From NCBI GenBank assembly GCA_965644315.1, contig CBFFRQ010000093.1, forward strand, positions 205,627 to 269,626: a stretch of 64,000 nucleotides of DNA. Reading direction: 5' to 3'. This stretch comes from Caecitellus pseudoparvulus (Eukaryota > Protista > Bigyra: Bicosoecida). The number at the start of each line of letters is the position of its first letter. Positions within the stretch are counted from its first letter, which is position 1. A model generated the notes under the pieces. That model did no database searches. It was given only the letters and a program-made list of their open reading frames with translations, and had not been told where the DNA came from. Below, in pieces: positions 46,549 through 57,347 of this stretch. The position numbers were made by a program, and so were the translations under genes.

Positions 46549-48805
46549 ATGGCGCAGCGCATCCAGTATGGGCAGTACACTGTCCCCAAGGCAGAGGAGT
46601 GTGTCAACTTCAAGGTTGGGCAGGTGCGTCGCAGCGCTCTTGCAGGCGCTGGGAATGGCGTGTGTTGAGCGCCTCGGAATTTGGACTGCCGGCACACCAC
46701 ACCTCCCTTGAGCACTTGCACCTTTCCCTGCCTTTCCACAGCCGGCAGAGACGATGCTCCCGCTGGACAAGATTCGGCAAGCAGCAACTGCAAAGTTTGC
46801 CGAGGATGACCCCCAGTACCTCCAGGTGCGGCAGCGCACGGCCAGACTGCGTGCTCTCGCCGCGCATGCAGCCCAGCGCGCTTGCCAGCCATCCCCGCAT
46901 AAACATTGTCTCAGCGCCGCCCCCCTTGCTGTGCTTGCAGTATGGGTACATTAGTGGTTACCCTGTTTTCCGGGAGAGTTTGGCGAAGTTTCTGGCCGGC
47001 AAGTACGGCAAGGGTGCGTGTTCCCCGCGGCAGACAGGCCAGGAGCAAGATTCTGCACCCTGGCCTGCGCCTCCTCTCGCGCAGAGGTGGACCCGGAGAG
47101 CCTGTTCGCGGTGCCAGGCGTGACGGGAGCGCTGAGCCTGATCTGCTCCATCTACCTGCGATCAGGGGACACTGTGGTGCTGGGGGAGCCCTCGTACTTC
47201 TTGGCACTGCGCATCATGCAGGACTTCGGCGTGAAGGTGGTGGGCGTGCCAGTGGACGAAGAGGGGCTGGACGTGGACGAGCTGGAGCGCCTGCTGGAAG
47301 GTGGCCTGTCCCCTGCGGCCCTCTACACCGTCCCTGTCTTCCACAACCCAACAGGCTACACCCTCACCCACGCACGCCGGCAGAAGCTCGTGGCCCTGGC
47401 CCGCAAGTTCGGCTTCACCATCCTCGCTGACGAGGTGTACCAGCTGCTGGGCTTCCCAGGTGCTGAGCAGCCCCCGCCCCCCCTCGTGTACTACGACCCA
47501 GCATTTCAAGACCCGACTGCGCCAGATGCTGGGCCCGGCGTCGTCTTCTCCATCGGCTCCTTCTCCAAGATTCTGGCGCCCTCCCTCAGGGTGGGCTGGC
47601 TGCAGGCCGCGCCTGGACTGCTGAAGCGCCTGTACGACTGTGGCCAACTGGACTCGTCGGGTGGCATGAACCCTATCTCGTTTGGCATCGTGCAGAAGGC
47701 TCTGGACATGGGCCTGCAGGAGGAGCACCTGGCGGCTTGCAAGGCTGAGTTGGGCACGCGCGCTGCCACCCTTGCCACGGCGCTGCATGAGCACTGTGGC
47801 GATCTGGTGTCTTTCGCCGAGCCCCAGGGCGGGTACTTCCTCTGGCTGACGCTGCCAGCAGGCATGGACAGCACTGCCTTTGCGGACTTTGCGGCGGCCA
47901 ACCACAAAGTCATCGTCCTCCCTGGGTCCAAGTTTGGCTCAGGGGCGGCGTTGGGGGACAAGATTCGCCTGTCTGGCTCCTGGTACAACGCAGCTGACCT
48001 CGCCATCGGGGCCAAACGAGTGGGGGAGGCCCTGCGTGCATTTGCCGCACAAACTGCCGCAGCACCTGGTGCTGCGGCAGCTCCTCGTGTGCCAGGAGGT
48101 GCTCAAGCCAGCAAGCGCATCGCTGTGCGTGGCGCGAGTGGCCGTCTGGGCCAGCTGATCGTGCAGGAGGCCAGTGGCCCCAACAGCCACGGCGTGGAGT
48201 TTGCTGGCCCAGTTCCTCGTGGGGCCGCGACCCTCCCCGGCGATGCAGATGTCGTAGTGGACGTGTCCAGCGCAGAAGGTACTGCGTCTCTGCTCGCCCT
48301 GCTGAAGGGCAGTGGGCTGCCGCTGGTGGTGGGCACGACCGGAGACCTGCCCATGGCCCAGCTGCGAGAGTACTCGGCGACTGCGCCGGTTGTGCTGGTC
48401 TCCAACTTCTCCGTCGGAGTGCCCCTGCTGGGCCGTCTGCTGGAAGCCACGGGGAAGTTGCCTGCTGGGTGGCACGGGGATCTGGTGGAGTCGCATCACA
48501 CCGCGAAGAAAGACGCTCCCTCCGGCACAGCAAAGACGCTGGTCGCAGCCATGGCCCAGGCGGGCATTTCAGGCGCCCCCACACCAGAGGGGGGCTCTGG
48601 ATCCACTGGCTCGCTACTCGGCGGCATTCCCGTGCACTCCCTGCGGCAGGGCGACACGGTGGGCACACACACCATCACTCTCGCGGGTCCGGGGGAGCGT
48701 GTGGAGCTCACACATGTGGCAACACGCAGAGAAGTCTTTGCACAAGGTGCTCTGCGACTTGCTGCATGGGCTGCGGGCCTGCCTCCTGGTATGTACGTCA
48801 AGTGA
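46549..48805 (+). CDS. Fusion: class I/II PLP aminotransferase (MocR/2-aminoadipate-AT-like) + DapB (4-hydroxy-tetrahydrodipicolinate reductase)
   Basis: Aminotransferase: NFKVGQ|P, LQ|YG..SG, EPSY, FHNPTG, DEVY, GSFSKILAPSLRVGW, GGYFLW. Ala-rich linker. DapB: IAVRGASGRLG, VVGTTG, SNFSVGV, ESHHTAKKDAPSGTA, HSLR.GD.VG.H, R.VFA.GAL. Introns 46624-46741, 46826-46940 and 47014-47084. The last exon spans both domains in one frame. Confidence 0.92.
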
Positions 48806-49018
48806 GGCTCACGGCGAGGGTAGTTCGTTCAATGCAGGCACGATGTCGCATGCGACAGGCGCTGTACCTTGTTTAAGCCGGAGCAGCACACAGGAGGAGG
48901 TACATTAGAAAATGGAGGCACCCTGCCGCCCAGCTGCTTCCACGTATCCTGCCGCGTGCATTCTGCAAGCCTGGCATGCCACGGGGCTTGCAGCTTCGAC
49001 CCCGCGAGTACCGCCGCC

Positions 49019-52000
49019 ATGGACCCACGGCTGTGCACCAGCCTGCGCCAGCGCACGCTTGAGCGCATGCGGGAGGAGGTCTCTCCGGGCCCCGTACACA
49101 CGCCCAAGTTAGACTTCGATTCCCGGCACCCACGAGCGCCCACGTACAAGCTTGGGACTGGGAAGCGTGGTGGGCCAATCGGTGCGCAAGGCACGTCGTG
49201 CGCGACACAGGCTCCGGACAACCCTTTCTCTGCGCCCCGCTCTCGCAGTCGATGATGGGCCTGGGGCAGGGCATTATGACCCGCAAAAGGTTTCCATGTT
49301 AGGTCGTCAGACTGCTGACTCGCGTAAGCCGTCAGCCCCAGTGGCAGTCTTCGGCTCGAGTACGTGAACGTGGTGTCACCTGCCTGGGGCGTGTCCAGGC
49401 GTGCCACAGCGGCTGCCGAGCCACGGAATCATCTGAGAAACCGCTAGAGGGCTTCCCCTGTGTTGTGCACTTGCGCTGCTACATGGCGGGCGCTCGACCC
49501 GCGTGCATTGACCTTGAAGCCTCACCTTGCCCTTTCCCTTTTTCCGCAGGCGGCAGGAATCCCACCACAGCGCGAGACCCAGGAGTCGGGCCTGGCAGCC
49601 ATGATATCGGCGCCTCCACGGGCATTGGTCGGTGAGTCTCAGTATGGGTGCTTGCTTGGACACTCAAGCCGTGATCGATCACACTCATCCCCCAACCATT
49701 GCAGAGCAAACATCACCGACAGCCGATACGCCTCTCCGCCCTCGACGAAGTTCGGCACCTCGCGGCAGCGGCCGGACTTGACGACGACTTCGCTGTCTGG
49801 AGGACCTGCCATGTACACTCAGCGTGCGTTGGGTCGGTGCACGCGCTCAATCTGCAGCACTGACTGCTTCCGGCCTTCGTGCCTGCTTCGCAGCTGATAG
49901 TGTCGGGCGCCAGGTGCTTTCAACTCGCCCTACTGCGCCCACTGCGACGTTCACATCCAGCCAGAGGCAAAGCCAGATTCGAAGTGATACACCTGGCCCA
50001 GGTGGTGCTCCTCTTGTGCGGTGAGTCGTGCAGTGTTCGTTCCATATCAAGCTTCCAGCAGCTGGGCGCACAGGCTGCCGCAGACCGCTCGCACCTTCCG
50101 CTGCGCACTGCATACTCTACCTGCCTACAGAGACCACATCCCAGGCGCAGTAATGGGAACCTCTCAACGATCACCATATTCTTCCCGTGCTGTCTCGCCA
50201 GGACCCATTTACAACATCACGTCACCTCAGTCAACAGCTGGTGGAAAATTTGGGTCATCACAGCGTGGGGCAGGGACGCCGGCACCACAGGGTCCGGACG
50301 TGATGTACAACCCTCAGCTGCCTGGGGGTCGTGGTGTGCAGTTTGGGAGTGCGCCCCGTGATGGTGGCGCGCCGAAGAGCGCGACGGCTGATGTGCCGCT
50401 GTACGATGTGCGGGGCCGTGACCGTGTGGTGGGGGGCGTGATGGGTGCCCGGCATGGCGGGAAGGGCAAGGCGTCTGAGGGTCCGGGTCCAGGGGCGTAC
50501 GGTGCCCCTGACCGTCCGCGCAGTCAGAGTGGAGGTCGTTTCGGGTCATCACAGCGTGGGGCAGGGACGCCGGCACCACAGGGTCCGGACGTGATGTACA
50601 ACCCTCAGCTGCCTGGGGGTCGTGGTGTGCAGTTTGGGAGTGCGCCCCGTGATGGCGGCGCGCCGAAGAGCGCGACGGCTGATGTGCCGCTGTACGATGT
50701 GCGGGGCCGTGACCGTGTGGTGGGGGGCGTGATGGGTGCTCGGCATGGCGGGAAGGGCAAGGCGTCTGAGGGTCCGGGTCCAGGGGCGTACGGTGCCCCT
50801 GACCGTCCGCGCAGTCAGAGTGGAGGTCGTTTCGGGTCATCACAGCGTGGGGCAGGGACGCCGGCACCACAGGGTCCGGACGTGATGTACAACCCTCAGC
50901 TGCCTGGGGGTCGTGGTGTGCAGTTTGGGAGTGCGCCCCGTGATGGTGGCGCGCCGAAGAGCGCGACGGCTGATGTGCCGCTGTACGATGTGCGGGGCCG
51001 TGACCGTGTGGTGGGGGGCGTGATGGGTGCTCGGCATGGCGGGAAGGGCAAGGCGTCTGAGGGTCCGGGTCCAGGGGCGTACGGTGCCCCTGACCGTCCG
51101 CGCAGTCAGAGTGGAGGTCGTTTCGGGTCATCACAGCGTGGGGCAGGGACGCCGGCACCACAGGGTCCGGACGTGATGTACAACCCTCAGCTGCCTGGGG
51201 GTCGTGGTGTGCAGTTTGGGAGTGCGCCCCGTGATGGTGGCGCGCCGAAGAGCGCGACGGCTGATGTGCCGCTGTACGATGTGCGGGGCCGTGACCGTGT
51301 GGTGGGGGGCGTGATGGGTGCCCGGCATGGCGGGAAGGGCAAGGCGTCTGAGGGTCCGGGTCCAGGGGCGTACGGTGTCCCTGACCGTCCGCGCAGTCAG
51401 AGTGGAGGTCGTTTCGGGTCATCACAGCGTGGGGCAGGGACGCCGGCACCACAGGGTCCGGACGTGATGTACAACCCTCAGCTGCCTGGGGGTCGTGGTG
51501 TGCAGTTTGGGAGTGCGCCCCGTGATGGTGGCGCGCCGAAGAGCGCGACGGCTGATGTGCCGCTGTACGATGTGCGGGGCCGTGACCGTGTGGTGGGGGG
51601 CGTGATGGGTGCTCGGCATGGCGGGAAGGGCAAGGCGTCTGAGGGTCCGGGTCCAGGGGCGTACGGTGCCCCTGACCGTCCGCGCAGTCAGAGTGGAGGT
51701 CGTTTCGGGTCATCACAGCGTGGGGCAGGGACGCCGGCACCACAGGGTCCGGACGTGATGTACAACCCTCAGCTGCCTGGGGGTCGTGGTGTGCAGTTTG
51801 GGAGTGCGTCCCGTGATGGCGGCGCGCCGAAGAGCGCGACGGCTGATGTGCCGCTGTACGATGTGCGGGGCCGTGACCGTGTGGTGGGGGGCGTGATGGG
51901 TGCCCGGCATGGCGGGAAGGGCAAGGCGTCTGAGGGTCCGGGTCCAGGGGCGTACGGTGTCCCTGACCGTCCGCGCAGTCAGAGTGGAGGTCGTTTCGGG

Positions 52001-54625
52001 TCATCACAGCGTGGGGCAGGGACGCCGGCACCACAGGGTCCGGACGTGATGTACAACCCTCAGCTGCCTGGGGGTCGTGGTGTGCAGTTTGGGAGTGCGC
52101 CCCGTGATGGCGGCGCGCCGAAGAGCGCGACGGCTGATGTGCCGCTGTACGATGTGCGGGGCCGTGACCGTGTGGTGGGGGGCGTGATGGGTGCCCGGCA
52201 TGGCGGGAAGGGCAAGGCGTCTGAGGGTCCGGGTCCAGGGGCGTACGGTGCCCCTGACCGTCCGCGCAGTCAGAGTGGAGGTCGTTTCGGGTCATCACAG
52301 CGTGGGGCAGGGACGCCGGCACCACAGGGTCCGGACGTGATGTACAACCCTCAGCTGCCTGGGGGTCGTGGTGTGCAGTTTGGGAGTGCGCCCCGTGATG
52401 GCGGCGCGCCGAAGAGCGCGACGGCTGATGTGCCGCTGTACGATGTGCGGGGCCGTGACCGTGTGGTGGGGGGCGTGATGGGTGCTCGGCATGGCGGGAA
52501 GGGCAAGGCGTCTGAGGGTCCGGGTCCAGGGGCGTACGGTGCCCCTGACCGTCCGCGCAGTCAGAGTGGAGGTCGTTTCGGGTCATCACAGCGTGGGGCA
52601 GGGACGCCGGCACCACAGGGTCCGGACGTGATGTACAACCCTCAGCTGCCTGGGGGTCGTGGTGTGCAGTTTGGGAGTGCGCCCCGTGATGGCGGCGCGC
52701 CGAAGAGCGCGACGGCTGATGTGCCGCTGTACGATGTGCGGGGCCGTGACCGTGTGGTGGGGGGCGTGATGGGTGCTCGGCATGGCGGGAAGGGCAAGGC
52801 GTCTGAGGGTCCGGGTCCAGGGGCGTACGGTGCCCCTGACCGTCCGCGCAGTCAGAGTGGAGGTCGTTTCGGGTCATCACAGCGTGGGGCAGGGACGCCG
52901 GCACCACAGGGTCCGGACGTGATGTACAACCCTCAGCTGCCTGGGGGTCGTGGTGTGCAGTTTGGGAGTGCGCCCCGTGATGGCGGCGCGCCGAAGAGCG
53001 CGACGGCTGATGTGCCGCTGTACGATGTGCGGGGCCGTGACCGTGTGGTGGGGGGCGTGATGGGTGCTCGGCATGGCGGGAAGGGCAAGGCGTCTGAGGG
53101 TCCGGGTCCAGGGGCGTACGGTGTCCCTGACCGTCCGCGCAGTCAGAGTGGAGGTCGTTTCGGGTCATCACAGCGTGGGGCAGGGACGCCGGCACCACAG
53201 GGTCCGGACGTGATGTACAACCCTCAGCTGCCTGGGGGTCGTGGTGTGCAGTTTGGGAGTGCGCCCCGTGATGGCGGCGCGCCGAAGAGCGCGACGGCTG
53301 ATGTGCCGCTGTACGATGTGCGGGGCCGTGACCGTGTGGTGGGGGGCGTGATGGGTGCTCGGCATGGCGGGAAGGGCAAGGCGTCTGAGGGTCCGGGTCC
53401 AGGGGCGTACGGTGCCCCTGACCGTCCGCGCAGTCAGAGTGGAGGTCGTTTCGGGTCATCACAGCGTGGGGCAGGGACGCCGGCACCACAGGGTCCGGAC
53501 GTGATGTACAACCCTCAGCTGCCTGGGGGTCGTGGTGTGCAGTTTGGGAGTGCGTCCCGTGATGGCGGCGCGCCGAAGAGCGCGACGGCTGATGTGCCGC
53601 TGTACGATGTGCGGGGCCGTGACCGTGTGGTGGGGGGCGTGATGGGTGCCCGGCATGGCGGGAAGGGCAAGGCGTCTGAGGGCCCGGGTCCAGGGGCGTA
53701 CGGTGCCCCTGACCGTCCGCGCAGTCAGAGTGGAGGTCGTTTCGGGTCATCACAGCGTGGGGCAGGGACGCCGGCACCACAGGGTCCGGACGTGATGTAC
53801 AACCCTCAGCTGCCTGGGGGTCGTGGTGTGCAGTTTGGGAGTGCGCCCCGTGATGGCGGCGCGCCGAAGAGCGCGACGGCTGATGTGCCGCTGTACGATG
53901 TGCGGGGCCGTGACCGTGTGGTGGGGGGCGTGATGGGTGCCCGGCATGGCGGGAAGGGCAAGGCGTCTGAGGGTCCGGGTCCAGGGGCGTACGGTGCCCC
54001 TGACCGTCCGCGCAGTCAGAGTGGAGGTCGTTTCGGGTCATCACAGCGTGGGGCAGGGACGCCAGCACCACAGGGTCCGGACGTGATGTACAGCCCTCAA
54101 GTTCCAGGTGGGTCTCCGACTACGAAGTTTGGTACATCTTCAAGAGATGCAGGACGGAAGGCTGGAGCAGATTCAGGGCCCATGTACTATCCTCAGGAGC
54201 AGCGTGGTGGAGGGTTCACGTTTGGCACTTCACGTCGACCAGTTCCTCCAAATCATGGTGGCGCAGGCCCGGGCGCGTATGGTGCACCAGATCGGCCCCG
54301 CACATCTACCGGTACTCGATTTGGACGTGCAACACGTGATTCGGGGCAGACTAGGTCTAGTACTCAGGGTGGGCCGTTGTACTTGCCGACAGAGCCGCGG
54401 CGTGGTGGCTTTTCCTTCGGCTCCTCTGGGCGTCCGACTGGGAAGGGCTCAGACACTCCAGGTCCTGGACAGTATGGAGCTCCTGGGACTGGGAGCAGCT
54501 CGGCCCGCTCCCCCAGTATTGGCCGTAGTAGGCGGTTCTCAAAGCCGAAGGATGGAGATCGTGTCGGCTACCTGGATCTCGGATCGACGTTGGCAGGCCC
54601 AAAGTTCACTATGCGACCTCGATGA
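49019..54625 (+). CDS. SHIPPO/ODF3-like sperm-tail PG-rich repeat (axonemal microtubule-associated) protein A
   Basis: Recurrent PGPGxY/GPxxY...FGTSxR units in unique exons (SPGPVH, GPGAGHY, VGPGSH, DTPGPG, SPGPIY, TPGPGQY) and throughout the 97-aa array. Ends GPKFTMRPR. Several short 5' introns with exact boundaries only partly resolved. Confidence 0.82.
50250..54092 (+). repeat. Coding tandem array, 291-bp unit x ~13.2
   Basis: Unit FGSSQRGAGTPAPQGPDVMYNPQLPGGRGVQFGSAPRDGGAPKSATADVPLYDVRGRDRVVGGVMGARHGGKGKASEGPGPGAYGAPDRPRSQSGGR. Antisense mini-ORFs recur every 291 bp (50258 to 53750). Few variant sites. Confidence 0.97.
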
Positions 54626-54990
54626 AATGCACGGCCCAGACGTTCAGAGGTGTCAAATTCGCGGAAACAGTGTAACGAAAAATTCCGAAGCTGGCCAGTT
54701 TAAGCTGTCCACCGCTCTTTGAAAGGTGACCGGAGCATCTAAATGGAATGGCGGCGGCCGAAACGCAACCAAAACGTGCATGCTGGTTCGCAGCTGCCCT
54801 CGTCTGCTCTTTTGGATGGGAGGCTTGCCGCGTGATGAGACGCCGTTTTCTTCGTCAAAGACCAAGTGAGTAGCGTATCTTTTGCGTTCATGGCCCTGTG
54901 AAATGCTGCAATACCGCCTGTACAGTTTCCACTGGTTCTGGTGCTGCCAGCAAGTCGAATGCTGTCGACCGAAAGGGACTGAGCACTCCC

Positions 54991-56526
54991 ATGCGGGTAC
55001 GCATTATCGAGGGAGAGCAAATAATTTTTCAGGAGCTAGCTCTGTCGTGGTTCCTTTCTTCTCAGTTTGCCGAAGACTTCTCCCTTGAGTACTTGAGTGA
55101 GGGAGCTGTGCACGTCGTGTTCGCCTGCTCTAGTGATCCGAAGAACAGGTGGTTTGGGAAGGTACTCCGCGTGCCCAAAGCAACGGGTACTGGACGGGCA
55201 TCAACAAGCGATGTAGCGTCCCGCTTGCGCGACTTGCCCATGTACCTGTGCCAGTCCTCCCGCGCTCCATTTGACACGCTCGCTCATTCGGAGCATGACG
55301 ACAGGCCAGCAACGCGCCCCCCTGGGTTGTGCGCCGTTCTGGGGGACAAGTATGCTCCAACGCCACAATTCGTCCGTCTTGAGCTGGATAACTCCTCTGT
55401 GCTTGACGAAGCCATTGTCACGGCTCAGCGTTCAGGAAAGCGGCCAAAGCGATGGGCACAAACGCATTCATCTGCTCTCTTTGCCTTTCCGTGCGTCGCA
55501 GCTTTGTGGCGAGCAGCAGACAAAGTGCCTTGCGATTATGGGCAAACTCTTCGATCAGCGGATGTCTTTGTGGAGCTCAAACCGAAGGCAATGGTGTTGC
55601 CTTCGGTTGCATCTGCGGCATGGGGGGGGCGCATGGGCAGCAAGCTGACCCACCCCATCAAGGCCACTACCTCCAGGTTTGCGATGCAACAAGTGTTCAA
55701 GCTTGCAATCGGCCGCTCTGCGGCAGCCAGCGCATACGACCCTTGCGACCTTGCATCCCACGTGCCACGCCGAAGGATGCGGGCGCTCCAAGCTCTTCGG
55801 GAGAACGCGCAAAACAACTTCGCTCTTCACAAGTGCACACCGGGTATTGACCCCATTGCTGTACTTGACGCTGTTCTTCGACAAGAGCCAGTTCTTCAAA
55901 TGCTGGCATCATTGCAGAGAGCGTCTCCCTGGGAAGAGGACGCGATGGCCGCGCTCAGCAGTGTCCCAGGAATGCCCACCTTGCGCAAAAGGCTGAGCCA
56001 AGGGATGTCTTACACACTTTCAGAGCTGATAGATCTTGGGTCCGTTGCCCCTGACCTGAAGCCCGCCGAGACGAAGGCCCTGCACGCGTGGCTGGAAGAG
56101 AACCCACATGCGCTTCCAGCGAGGATCGTCAAGTCTTTCCTCGTTGGGAAAGCTGCGAAAGATGTCGGTGTGACAGTTGCTGCAGTCAAAGTACCAGCAC
56201 GCTCCATGAATTCTGCTTCATTCAGCGACAGTAGCAAGCTTCCGCAAACAGCTGCCAGGAACCAGACATGCGAACAAGGATGCGATGCCGCGGGGCGAGT
56301 CATTGTGCACTCCGCGCAGGGCGTGCAGCACTTTGAATACCTTGTCAGTGTTGTTGACCTTGATGACAAGCTTCCAGAGAACATTCCGTACTACTTTCAC
56401 CAAGACGCACTGATTGTGCAGGCATACTTGGAGCACATGAGTTTGCTCCCTCACAAGCATCTCTTGCAGCACCTGTCCTCGCTTGTTCAAACAAAACGAC
56501 CACACGGTGACACCGCGAAAGCATGA
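54991..56526 (+). CDS. IPK1: Inositol-pentakisphosphate 2-kinase
   Basis: EYLSEGAVHVV, GKVLRVPK, VELKPK, SRFAMQQ, YDPCDL.S, ALRENAQNNF, AAKDVG, V.VVDLDDK match Ins_P5_2-kin motifs. Start is uncertain (54991 chosen as the first in-frame ATG). Confidence 0.82.
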   Translation: MRVRIIEGEQIIFQELALSWFLSSQFAEDFSLEYLSEGAVHVVFACSSDPKNRWFGKVLRVPKATGTGRASTSDVASRLRDLPMYLCQSSRAPFDTLAHSEHDDRPATRPPGLCAVLGDKYAPTPQFVRLELDNSSVLDEAIVTAQRSGKRPKRWAQTHSSALFAFPCVAALWRAADKVPCDYGQTLRSADVFVELKPKAMVLPSVASAAWGGRMGSKLTHPIKATTSRFAMQQVFKLAIGRSAAASAYDPCDLASHVPRRRMRALQALRENAQNNFALHKCTPGIDPIAVLDAVLRQEPVLQMLASLQRASPWEEDAMAALSSVPGMPTLRKRLSQGMSYTLSELIDLGSVAPDLKPAETKALHAWLEENPHALPARIVKSFLVGKAAKDVGVTVAAVKVPARSMNSASFSDSSKLPQTAARNQTCEQGCDAAGRVIVHSAQGVQHFEYLVSVVDLDDKLPENIPYYFHQDALIVQAYLEHMSLLPHKHLLQHLSSLVQTKRPHGDTAKA

Positions 56527-57347
56527 TTCTGTTCCGATAGCCAGTGAAGGAGCACTCTCTGCACTGCTTGGGATGCGGTCTGTGAACCATCAATGCCAAG
56601 CTTCGAACTTGCTGTGTCCTGCTTGCCGAAGCGCCGCCTGGCTTTTGCATCACACGCTCGTGCTCACGCAGGGCCCAGCGGCTACCTGAGCTTTCGTCTT
56701 TGCGCCTGCTTCCCAAGCTGGGATCCTGCTGTGCTGTTCCGCGCCGTGGCACCTTCACGGTGAGAGCCTGAGATCCTAAACAAGGAGAGTGTGGCGGCCA
56801 ATGCGAGCAGTCGCAGCATGGCGGAAAAGCGGGAGCTATTTCTGACCATGCCAGGGCTATGGACACCTCCATGTGCAGCTCAGCACCATCAGAAACCCAC
56901 GGTCCAGGCAACGTGTTCAATAAGGCCGACAGCTTGAGCCAGAGCCAGTGCTTCAAACACGTGGCAAACAACATGATGGAACTGCAGCCAGAACCCCAGC
57001 AGGCACAGCTAGTAACCAGGCAAAGTGGAGGCTTCTGTTAAGGCCAAGGTGGACATCGAGGCGTGCTCCAAGCTCAGATCCACTCCATTGTGCTCACTTG
57101 CAATGTGCGGCTGGTTGCCCCACCCAAGAGCGTTTTTTATTGTCAGCTCACCCCAACATCGCGAGCAGGAAGCGGCGAGCTGAAAAATCACACTCATGTG
57201 ATGCTTCAAGATTACACAGTGCCATTTGATTACATTTACTGAGCTTTTGACAACGAAGGCGCCGCACGTCTTGTTGTTTGCCTCTCTCAACAGCACGCAA
57301 CGCTTTGCGCCACGGCTCGCTGACGCTGCACACAACCTGACGCAAAG

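Noticed and set aside
50217-54071. 1284-aa His/Pro-rich antisense ORF and thirteen 65-aa ORFs
   Set aside because: Antisense shadows of the 291-bp coding array.
56527-57347. Possible small minus-strand gene (ORF 56345-56974 and fragments)
   Set aside because: No consistent splice model or recognisable motif could be built, so it is left unannotated.
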